A stretch of 64,000 nucleotides of DNA from Eledone cirrhosa (lineage: Eukaryota), in contig OZ024742.1 of assembly GCA_964016885.1 (NCBI GenBank), positions 80,352,001 through 80,416,000 on the forward strand. Reading direction: 5' to 3'. The notes under the pieces were generated by a model. The model had not been told where the DNA came from and made no database searches. It saw only the letters and a list, made by a program, of their open reading frames with translations. Position 1 is the stretch's first letter. Every line of letters starts with the position of its first letter. The position numbers were made by a program, and so were the translations under genes. Of the stretch, positions 52,294 through 64,000 are shown in pieces.

Positions 52294-55066
52294 CAATACA
52301 TCATCCTAAGGTATTATCCATTCAGCTGCCAGAACGTCTGTATAAGGCTAAGTGATATATTATCGATACATGTGATATATACTTGATATTAAAAAATCAT
52401 TGCACTCTGATCTTTAATATGCGGTATTATAGAAGGTGACAGTTATTTTCTGCTTGGTATAATAGTTCCCATTTCACTGCTAATTGAAGAAATAGATACT
52501 AAAAGGGATCTCGCAGAACAAAGTGTCATATGTTCTGCTCATTGTTGGAAAATCGACAATTTAAATGGGATACTTATATAAGATATTGCCCTTTTATATT
52601 TGAGGAAATATCAGAAGTTGTCATTAAGATGTATTTTCTGAAAGATTGGTTCTATTGGAAGGGAGCAATGATTCTATGTAGAAACTTTTACCGAAAGCAA
52701 ATATATTCAGAGGATTGACAGGAACATCAAATTCCTAATTCAAGATAAATTCTTGTATAACTAGATGCAAAGTCTTGTGATAGTAAATGTAAAATGTAGA
52801 TTGCTTCCGAGGAGAGTATATATAATGAAGTAGAAGAATATTATTCAAATTAAAGTGGAATTACCTCATTCATAACATAGATAAATTGATATAGATAAAT
52901 AAAATCACGTATCTTTTATATAAGATACATTTATAAGCAAATAAATGTTAGACTATATAGTAGGAAACAATTCTTAATATTTAATTAGTGTTGGCCAATG
53001 TTAGATGATGTAATACCATCATATTAATAGTTAATAACCAAAACTTTTGCAGAAATAAAAATGTTATCGATTAGAGAAAGAATAAATTAATCGGGATTCG
53101 CAAGCCTACGGAATATAAATTTCAAATTTAAAAATAATTCACAAATCGTAAAACGATTTGTATAATAAGTGTAAATTGTATAATAAGTGTAATGCTATTT
53201 AGACAGACGATTTCAATATCTTAATCAAAATTAAATACGTTAGCGGATTAGCAGTTGATGATTCAATAAGCAGGTTATCGGTACGTTAGAGGCGATATCA
53301 AATATATTTCAGCCTACAGAAAATATTTTTATTTCAAATCAATTTTACAGCGGTTCTTTCCTGATTACATGGCCCCCCGCGTCAGCTATGAATCTAATTT
53401 TCTCAATAATGTTTCGTGGCTCTGTTACAGTAGATTAGATACTTTTGACGAAATGCCTGAACAGACTGAGGACATTGAAACAGCAACAGCCGTTAAATTC
53501 TGGGGTCGAAAACAGGTGATGTCCCTGTAATTAGCAGTATGAGCCACTGGTTCAATCAATAATTTAAAAATACCACTCGAGAAAAGGAACAGGAGGCTTA
53601 CAAAGCTTGGTTTGTAAATAAGGCTTCCTTCTCACACCTGTTGTAAAGCAGGCACAACACATTGCACCAGAGACTGTAAATGCGTATATATATAAAACAT
53701 GGGAATGCATTGAAGTTAAGGTGTAATATCCGTCTTTAGATAGGCAAATAAATTATTCTGGTAGAGCATCTAGCGATTTCGTAATAATATTTCTCCAATC
53801 ATCTATGCTATCATAAACTCCTTTAAGGTTCTTCACTCTGAAGCAAGGGGTGCCCTCATGAGTTAGATAGAATATTTTGTTGATCTCTTAATTCCGGTCA
53901 CAAGAATATAATATACATGAAGTGCAACTAGGGGAGGATATTAACCTTCGCAATGCTGAGGTCAGCAAATCAATTAAAGCTCTCATATATGACAGCGTAT
54001 CAGGCGAGGACGATTTTAAAGCCTTATATAGAGAATTCATGCTCCGACTGATGTATGTTCTTGGGGTGTCCGTCCTAGAAAACTGTAAATGGACCAACAA
54101 CAATGGCAATCGGGTGTGATGATTTCAATTTTCAAAACAGGGGACAGGGGAGGTTGCTCTAATTAGAGTGGAATATACTCGGTGTAATCCTTTGGTAAAG
54201 TATATGATAAGTATCGGAGATATAGATGTAGGGATATTGTCGAGTGTAATCGAGATGGCGCACGATTGTGGTTCTCAATCCGGATATAGCATAGCCAACC
54301 AATTATTCAATATGTGATATGTTTTTGAAACATTCTTTGAATATTGCCTGTTGGTGTAAGCCTTTTTCTGAATTAAATAGGCATTCGGAAGTGTTCCAGA
54401 GAAATGGTATTGAAATGATTCGCAAGACACGTTCTTTTTGCCCTTAACACGCATTATCAATGCCCTAGTATTTGTGCTCGGAAAAAAGGAGCAGAGTCAA
54501 AACTATTCAATGTGAGTGTCGGATTTCCTTAAGGGTGTTTATTATCGCCTGTCATTTATAATATTCATATTATTCATGAAAATCATTGATATGTACCTCC
54601 AGTTTTAAAGGTGGCATCAACCCTGCCGATTGGAGAAGGAATGTGCTGTTACATACAGACGATAAATCATACATATCTTGTCCAAATGTGTTCTCCGACA
54701 ATCACTGGATATGTTTGCTTCCGTGTGCTACAGGGCAGGAATTAAAATCAATTCCGGGAATGAAAATCAGCCCCATTTATGTTCTGGAGTCCGCCTGTGC
54801 AGTGTTGTGTATGTAATTTGAGTTAGTTACAGGGAATTACTTTAGTTTTGATGAATCGCCCGTTTGACGTGCAGATCGACACTGTAGAGGAGTCCATAAT
54901 TTGAATGGGTGAATTTGAGCCAATCCTCTGCGAACTGTGCGTTATATATCGATAGAAAATAAGCCCTAATTACGTATAAACGAAATTTCATGAACTTTCT
55001 TAATATATATATATACGCACACACACACACATACACACACACACATACGCACGCACACACACAAGC

Positions 55067-55099
<33 letters not shown>

Positions 55100-55385
55100 G
55101 TATATTCTTAGAAACTTTAGTAATCTCTGACGATTCAAATAAATGTTATCGTAGTCGATTCCTATAAGAAATAGTTTAGAATATTTGTTGAAGCAAGCTG
55201 TGAACAGCAGATACAGGAAATCGTAATCCACTTCCCTCAACTTCTCAATAATTCAGCGCTCTAGACATTGTAGTACTGCAGTTACATATGTATTTACATG
55301 GGTTAGGACTGCAAATTTAAAAAGCACTATGGTAGTATCTAAGCTATTATATATATGCATACGTATGTATATATATATATTTATT

Positions 55386-56817
55386 CTCTCTACTGACCTC
55401 TTCCTCACACTTCCACTCCCCCACTCACTGTTTCTCCCCTTCTCACTTCCCCCCGTTCGCGACGTTAACGATTTTCCTTCTTTCTTACATCGGATACATC
55501 TCGAAAGGTCTATTTTCTACTCGCTCATATATTCACCCAGCTTATACTGATAGAATAACTATGTAGCTTGTGACTCTTCCTATCTTCGGTTAGCTTTCCT
55601 CTGTGTTGTTTACTAGTCTCACTCGCTTTACGCGTTTTAATTGTCCTAATAACTTATTTTAGTTATTATTGCGCCAACGTGAGGTATATGATTTTTAATG
55701 CAATGACATACCTATGACCGTTGGTAAATCACTGATGAGGGACTCATTTTATAACATGTTATCCATGTGCAACCATGCAGTATTCTTCTCCCCATTTTTT
55801 CACATATATTTACCTAAACTGCGATTCTGTTTTTCTCTCTCTCTTACTGTTCCCTCGTTCTCTCTGTTTCTTTAACTTTCTTTCGTCCCCTCTGTCATGT
55901 CAGTTAACACTGTCTCTCTACTGACCTCTTTCTCACTATTCCACTCCCTCACTGTTTCTCCCCTTTTCACTTCCCCCCGTTCGCGACGTTAACGATTTTC
56001 CTTCTTTCTTACATCGGATTCATCTCGAAAGGTCTATTTTCTACTCGCTCATATATTCACCCAACTTATACTGATAGAATAACTATGTAGCTTGTGTCTC
56101 TTCCTATCTTCGGTTAGCTTTCCTCTGTGTTGTTTATTAGTCTCACTCGGTTTACGCGTTTTAATTGTCCTAATAACTTATTTTAGTTATTATTGCGCCA
56201 ACGTGAGGTATATGATTTTTAATGCAATGAAATACCTATGACCGTTGGTAAATCACTGATGAGGGACTCATTTTATAACATGTTATCCATGTGCAACATA
56301 TGCAGTATTCTTCTCCCCATTTTTTCACATATATTTACCTAAACTGCGATTCTGTTTTTCTCTCTCTCTCTCTCTTACTGCTCCCTCGTTCTCTCTGTTT
56401 CTCTTACTTTCTTTCGTCCCCTCTGTCATGTCAGTTAACACTTTCTCTCTACTGACCTCTTTCTCACACTTCCACTCCCTCCCTCACTGTTTCTCCCCTT
56501 CTCACTTCCCCCCGTTCGCGACGTTAACGATTTTCCTTCTTTCTTACATCGGATTCATCTCAAAAGGTCTATTTTCTACTCGCTCATATATTCACCCAGC
56601 TTATACTGATAGAATAACTATGTAGCTTGTGTCTCTTCCTATCTTCGATTAGCTTTCCTCTGTGTTGTTTACGCCAACGCAATAATAACTAAAATAAGTT
56701 ATTAGTACAATTAAATGCAATGAAATACCTATGACCGTTGGTAAATCACTGATGAGGGACGCATTTTATAACATGTTATCTATGTGCAACCATGCAGTGT
56801 TCTTCTTCCCATTTTTT

Positions 56818-56820
<3 letters not shown>
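55386..56820 (+). repeat. ~530-bp tandem repeat, about 2.7 copies, between (TA)n tracts
   Basis: Unit starts CTCTCTACTGACCTCTT at ~55386, ~55914, ~56445. Confidence 0.9.
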
Positions 56821-56875
<55 letters not shown>

Positions 56876-56915
56876 TAGATAAATAGATAGATAGATTGAT
56901 AGAAACATACATACA

Positions 56916-56949
<34 letters not shown>

Positions 56950-58187
56950 CATACTTACATACATACATAGATACATACATACATACGTTCGTACATACAT
57001 ACATACGTAAATACATGTATATTCTGAGTAAATGGCTTAGACTTGACTAACTGGTATAGGATTATACTTTGAGTTACTGACTATTTTGTCTAACAAGGAA
57101 GTTGGATTCATTGAGTCAGCTGTGAAAAAGTTAATTTTCTTCAATATTGACTGTGGTCTTGCAAGAGTTACCTACCTTGATCTTACCCTTTTCGCTCATA
57201 ATTAGATAGAACAAAATAACTATTTTCTAAATTATCGGCCTTTGTTTAAACTCTCAATTTATATTTCTGAAAGAAACCAAATTAAACCTTCAGCCATCTT
57301 CATTTTTATTTTTCTTATCACAGCCTGAATGTGTGTGTTTGTATTGAAGAATGAAAAAAACAAAACAAGTAGAAATTATTTGAAATATACTGAATTAAAA
57401 AAAATATGGCTTAGATTATATGCATGCATGTGTGAGTGTATGTTTGTGTGGATGTGTGCGTGTGTACACACACATGTGTAGTGTGTGTGTTTGTCTCAAA
57501 TCGTTTATTCGCTTGACCAGCAAACGTGTGAAATACATTTATAATATATCCTTCTTCTAATTGAATCCGTCGGAAGCAATTATCTGTGAATAATTTTTCT
57601 GGAAAATGCATAATTTTCAAGGAAAATGCGTAATTATAAAACGTTGGACGTTTTCAATTGATTAAATACATTTACTTGTAGAACCGTCACCCTATATGTC
57701 TAGTCTGTATCAAGAACCATGTGTTCTTGATCGATAAAAATACTGAAGCCTATAATAACTGCCCCAATGGTAAAGTTCATCGTGTCCATTTAGATTTAAC
57801 TTCAAACGTCACAGATGTGTCATATCTCCATCAATTGAAATCAAAGAGTACGGACGTGACAGTTCAATAACTAAGATCGCAAGCTATCCCATTGGATAGT
57901 TCGATCAATATTTTAGTATCCTTGCTGTGTTCCGGGCGAAAACATGGTATATTGTTACAGTTGTCAATTTCAGAATAAACAGTATTTTATTTGACACACC
58001 TTAAACATCAATATTATCAGGTTTGTTAAATAACACTATGGAATTATGAATGTTTCCATGGAATATAAAAACGAACCAGGAGAAATTGAATATTACGCAG
58101 ATCATATTTCACATATAGATAACGGCATAGTCTTTCTTCATTCATTTCATTTCGCAATATGAAAAATCAAATCCGAAAAAAAATAAT

Positions 58188-58294
58188 GGTTTCTACTTTA
58201 GGCACAAGGCCAGCAAATACCCAGTGCATTACTGGTACTTTATTTTATCGACCCCGTAAGGATGAAAGGCAAAGTTAACCTCGGCAGGATTTGA
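58188..58294 (-). mobile_element. tRNA-derived SINE, 3' part
   Basis: SINE body match. Confidence 0.85.
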
Positions 58295-58850
58295 AAAAAA
58301 TATAATAATACTAGTAATTATAATTACTTCTCTTAACATGTGGTTTCAACTTCATTATAACAGAATGATATGATGTCTTCGATAATGGGAACTAATGTGC
58401 ATTAAACATGCTCGGTTGATAATTCATTTTGTCCCGTTTATATTACCATCGTCTAGTTGATAATCTACTGCTACACTGTCGTTTCGAAACGCAGTTGCCA
58501 CGTAATTGGTTGTTTTCCATTCCATCAAAAAGAGCTCATGTTAAAAAGGGTATTAAAAATCTACATATTTGGCATAATTAATATCGATTATAACGTTGGT
58601 AGAAATAAATAAATAACCTTGAATTATAGTATAGCGTAGAACGACTTCTAAGTTTGGAGGTTCGTATAGTGGGTCAGTCACTGCATTCTATTCGTTGCTA
58701 CTAAGGCTTTTACATCACGACTATCACTGTTCTTGAAGCTATACAGAATCTTCGCATTATACAAATGGTGCGTTGCTATAGGTTGAGATTTGTACCTGCG
58801 TAGATTCCCAACTTCGTCAGACCAGCAGTATTCTCGATTATTTCTAGGAA

Positions 58851-58932
<82 letters not shown>

Positions 58933-59181
58933 AGAAGTTATATTTAATCTGCTGAGATACAACAAGCAAATATTCTTATAACTGATATAAAGCACTTAAC
59001 TAGCCGGGAGCTTCCAACCGACATGGTCGCATTATTTAAGGGTATGTCAATATGTGTTTATAAAACTGATCTATATTATATTTTATCTGATGAAAGTGCA
59101 CCATAATTTGCTTTGGTGTCCTTGAAATGTGTATAATGAAATAAATATGGTTTTATAAATATAGTTTCCATTTGTTAATAT

Positions 59182-59227
<46 letters not shown>

Positions 59228-59229
59228 GA

Positions 59230-59790
59230 GGCAAAAAAGGGTTCGAAAAGGATAACATTTTGAGAGAACTGATACCTGCTACAGGTAAAGTGCAGGAAAA
59301 AGTGGAGGAGGCTAGATGCTACAGGCTAGATATATTCGGTGTTTCCTCAACAATATTCTGTATCTCTGGAACTTTAGATATGGATGAGTGATGGAAACTC
59401 TACTATTCGGGTGTGGTGACAGAAATGACGGCATAATTAGAAGTGGGGATACTTACAAGCCAGTGTATGTCACAATATTTTATGGACGGGATAGCATTAA
59501 GAGGGAGGATTTGCCTCTTTAAGCCCAGGCTGAAAGATCGATGTCTGTGGTTGGTGCAAGTTTATGCTGCAAAGAATTAACATCGTTCCCTGATGAAATC
59601 ACTGCAGCGTCAGCCTTAGATTTAATTAACACAGATTCATATATTCTAGTGGGAGATGTCAATGCATATGGTGGCACTGTCCCAATGCCAAGAAAAGGAG
59701 TGACTGGTAGGAACAACGATCTCGATCTAAATTCGAATGGAGGGCCCTTATTAGAGTTCTGCTCTATGTCAATTAAGGAAGCCTTCTCAT
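59230..59790 (+). mobile_element. RTE-like APE endonuclease remnant
   Basis: WKLYYSGV, SYILVGDVNAYGG, NSNGGPLLEFC. Confidence 0.65.
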
Positions 59791-60090
59791 ACGTAGAATA
59801 GAATTAATCGACAAATAAAAAACAGACTAGATGCAACCTATACAAACATTCATACGAGAAAATTGGTTCCATGAAATATTAAATCGAGCATCGCCGTCAT
59901 CATTTACGCTCTAGTGAATAACAACGCTTGAACATGGTTTAAGAGAAGAAACAGGAACATTTATCTCTGAGAGTTCCTTATACTCTGAAGATGGGAATTC
60001 TACATCTGGATATATAAGGTCGAAAGAAACAAACAAAAGTAACAAAATAAGGATTACCAGGTACCTTTCTCGTTACCTTCATATTACCGT

Positions 60091-60170
<80 letters not shown>

Positions 60171-60969
60171 CTATATCCAGTTAATTTACTAACGAATAAG
60201 TTCACTAAGCAGCAAGCCTATTGTAGTATACAGAAAAAGGAAGACTTACATGCTTGATATATTTCCAACAAGTTAACGAAACTACAAATCGCTGAAATTT
60301 CAGTCTATTGCAGAATATTTTCTAAGGTAAAACTGGAAATTCATGCAGATTAATTATTTGAATACAATGTAAGCTTTTCAAGGCGCATATAAGTAGATGT
60401 CCTCGATTTCAGGTGCATAGGCAAATTTATTTCCGCATCAGAAAAATACTAGACTGCGTTTGTATCAGTACATTTACAATTTCTGTACAAACATCACCGA
60501 AATCAGTCTTTCTTTTCATCATGACTGCATCGAGAAAGATGTATAATCAAGTCATGTTTATATTAAAATTAATTATTAAACCATATAACTATTATTAATA
60601 TCTTTTAAATATTTTCTTCTGGTGATCTGTTTCAGAGTTTTATATTACCGCATTTTAAATCCGCACTTACATCACATTCACACTGAATTGTCTGTAAAAT
60701 AAAGTGTCAAAATTCGTTGCATGGAATATGTTAACTTTTTGTTTCTTATTTCATTTATATCCCAGAAGTTTGTAATCTAAGTGTCATATTAACTATTCCA
60801 TGATGCGTTCGATATATGTAATTCATTCGTCGACTAATGAACAGAACTATCATTCCGATGGTTATGATGGTTTTGAGCTTTGATTTTATTGATTGATATT
60901 TTCGATATTGATGTTATATGAGAAATATTAACTTAATGTTGATGATGATTTGATGGCTTCTATTTACGA

Positions 60970-61402
60970 TGATGAACATAAGCGAATACCAACTGCCGAA
61001 ATGGGGATGCTTCGAAGGGCTTTTGGAATAACGTTACTCGATAAAGTGCGTAGTTCGGTGATCAGTGAGTTACTGCAGCTAGAGGCGGTACTTCTCAATC
61101 TTGAGAAATCACAGCTCCATGAATATGGGCATTAGGTTAGAATGTCTCAGGAAAGAATTGCCGGACAGATTTTACGGGCAGAAACCAATGAGCTTGGCTG
61201 GTCTAACTTGGGATCTAGTTGGATCAGTTAGAGATGGTTGCTTCTGACAGGATACACTGAACTGAGTGTTTGAGGACAGTTTCGATGACCCTCTCATGAA
61301 TAAGTGGGCAGGGGGCGGCGGCGGCGAAGAAGAAGAAGAAGAAGAAGAAGAAGAAGAAGAAGAAGAAGAAGAAGAAGAAGAAGAAGAAGAAGAAGAAGAA
61401 GG
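60970..61402 (+). mobile_element. RTE-clade LINE 3' fragment with (GAA)n tail
   Basis: AEMGMLRRAFGITLLDKVRS..QLHEYGH.VRM is a typical RTE C-terminus; GAA tract 61326-61400. Confidence 0.75.
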
Positions 61403-61454
61403 AGGATTTGGAATCAGAATTACTAAAAGCTGTCAATGGATCTAATATTTTAGT

Positions 61455-61610
61455 TATATCGGTAGAGGGTCGTACGCCATGCTGTGCAGCAAAGAGTTAC
61501 GGCCCTTTATGGTGTGATTTCAAATCCCGCCGAGGTTATCTTTGCCTTTCATCCTTACGGGGGGGGGGTCCGATGAAATAAAGTACCAGTAATACACTGT
61601 AATAATTGCT
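61455..61610 (+). mobile_element. Older SINE copy
   Basis: Diverged match to the SINE body. Confidence 0.8.
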
Positions 61611-62528
61611 GCGTACATTCATTTAATATCCAGTACAATATAATACTAAATCCAGCGTAATCATTGTAAATTGATAAAGATTTATTACACTTTCTTCATC
61701 ATCAACAGCCTCATCAAATTCTTTATCAAAAACACAACCTTCGACATCATCACCATTCTCAGCACATCTTGTTTCATTGACAACGTTTTCATAATTGTAG
61801 TTGTTGGTGTTATTGTTCTTTTCCTTTGGAAATCGTCAATAACATCTCGAAAAAAATTTCAAATTTATTTAGCATCACCGTCGTTGTCCTATTCCCCTTC
61901 CTCCTCCTCCTCCTCCCCCTCCTCCTCCTCCTCCTCCTCCAACCCCTACTCCTCCTCCTCCTACTCCTCCTCCCCATCATCATCATCATCATCGCCATCG
62001 TCATCGTCGTCGTCATCATCATCATGATCATCATCATTTGTCATCAGCAAAAATAATTTCTTTTTTTTTTTTAAATCTCGCCATGAAGCCATTTTATTAA
62101 ATATTATTTAATTGAAGAGTTATTCTATTAATACTATTACCAGAATTACCCTCTACCCTCTTTTATCATCACCCTCACTGACCTCTATTTTAAAAGAATC
62201 ATTGTCTTCATTGTCAGCGCTATTATGTTCGCCGTTAGATCAATTGAAACGTCATAATTTACATATATTTTAAAGTTACATTTACTATGTATATTCACAT
62301 CATTTTTATTCTGAAAAACATACCCATCATCGTTCTGTTTACTCGTTTCAATTTCGTATACACTCATTATTTTTTAATATAATCCGACATTTTCGCAGTA
62401 GAACGAAATATTTTCTGGAGTATATTTTTAATTTCTGGGAATGTTTCTAGCTTGAAAACAACTTGGGAAATTGACAATATAAATTCATAAAATAATTTAT
62501 ATTATAATTGTAGACATTCATATATGTC

Positions 62529-62620
<92 letters not shown>

Positions 62621-62922
62621 TGTATGTATGTATATATATATGTATGTATATACATAATCATAAAATACAATGAAAATGACTTGACTAGAGATACGAAAAA
62701 TAAAATGTGTAAGCAATTTTGTTTACAAGATTCTGAACAAAAGAATTATCGCATTGTTAAATAAGAACTTTTAAGGAGGTGAATTATGCTAAACACTGTG
62801 GAAGAAGAAATTATATCAGATTCGGAAGAATATAATATAACATTAAAATAAAAACGAGTGTGTGTGTGTGTATTTGTGTGTGTGTATATGAATGTGTATG
62901 TGTGAGTATGTGTGTGTGTCTG

Positions 62923-62953
<31 letters not shown>

Positions 62954-63147
62954 ATTTGTGTAAGTAATAATGTTATGTTCTTATTATTTTCTGCATTTTC
63001 ATATGTATTACAAACTATAACTATTTTTCTTTCTGTAATATTATCGTATGAGTAAGCTCTGGAATACTATATTTTTACGTCAAATTCCCATTGCAGTTTT
63101 ATAGAACAACTAAATCTAGAGATTTTATTTCGATGTATTTATGCACG

Positions 63148-63227
<80 letters not shown>

Positions 63228-63319
63228 GCACACACACACACACAGACACACACACACACACACATATATACACATATATATATATATCTATATGTTTCTA
63301 TATCTATCTATCTATCTCT

Positions 63320-64000
63320 GGGATGGACACACGCGTATAACTTTCTGAGTAAGTTCTGTTTAAATATCTATAGAAATTCTTGTCTGTAAACTTTAATTTT
63401 CGTACCATTTTGTAGAGGGACTGCCAGGTCAAACTTTGATCTGGTCAGTCTCTCAAAATATTCTACGCCTTTAGGCGAAATAGTTAAACAAAAAAGTTTT
63501 TTTTGTTGAAAAGTTAACATTTTTAAAAATGGCTGAAGCTTCTTCACCAAAATTCGAAGGAGGAAAGGGGAAGATAAGCTTACAGCTTCCCCCTGCCACT
63601 GTCACAGTAGCAGAGGTCAAAAACAAAGGTCAGCCAGAGGAAGGATTTTCTCCACCAGCTGATCGACAACTTGACGTTGCCATGGCAACAAACGAAAGAA
63701 CCAGCGGCACCAGCAACAACAACAACACCAACAATGCTACCGACGAAAACAACACCAATAACAATAACAACAACAACAAGACCAATAACTGTGATAACAA
63801 CAACAATGATAACAACAACACCACCAACTACAACAGCAACACAAACAAGGAAAAAGTCTCCTTCGCCCAGACGGCAAGGAAAACCCTCGACTATCTGCCA
63901 GTAGATATTACCAAATCGAAGGAGCTACTGGCAGAGGCAAAAAAATACATAATGTACGGGGAGAATGGTGCGTTTTCGATCCCCCCCCCCCCCCGGAGCT
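63320..64000 (+). mobile_element. Probable 5' UTR and ORF1 start of another Tx1 subfamily (runs off the window)
   Basis: ATG at 63529, Thr/Asn-rich tract, then KEKVSFAQTARK..KELLAEAKK, homologous to KPISFAGISK..EELEEAKK (copy D) and KNVSFVKAAKK..ELNQAKRK (copy A). Confidence 0.55.

Noticed and set aside
53880-54660. Short ORFs with faint LINE-like words (GINPADWRR)
   Set aside because: Insufficient motif support for a family call
57682-57870. ~62 open codons after an AG preceded by a pyrimidine-rich stretch (possible host terminal exon)
   Set aside because: No recognisable domain or partner exons; could arise by chance

Overview
AT-rich, microsatellite-dense eukaryotic DNA. The dominant tRNA-derived SINE resembles the abundant octopod SINE, so an Octopus-like cephalopod host is likely (inference). 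No host gene could be supported, and most short ORFs in the track are microsatellite or antisense artefacts. The window is almost entirely transposon-derived: four minus-strand Tx1/L1-clade LINEs (one ~6.0 kb structurally complete) plus the probable 5' end of a fifth, a decayed RepHel Helitron with a non-autonomous derivative, about 13 copies of one SINE, and R4/Dong, RTE, mariner and Penelope remnants. Three observations stand out. (1) All three long Tx1 copies, including one with a different ORF1, share one in-frame TAA inside the ORF2 endonuclease domain, while the other lesions compared are private; this suggests recoding or trans-mobilisation. (2) The Tx1 family and the SINE both insert at (ATT)n/ATTA on the same strand, and a SINE sits directly upstream of all three minus-strand Tx1 copies that keep a 5' end. 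(3) Several unrelated non-coding repeat families carry type I hammerhead ribozymes, including a covarying stem II, a U3-A8 core variant and a 533-nt retrozyme-like monomer that starts exactly at the predicted cleavage site; most are head-to-head inverted insertions, several in (TA)n. Coordinates of degraded elements are approximate.
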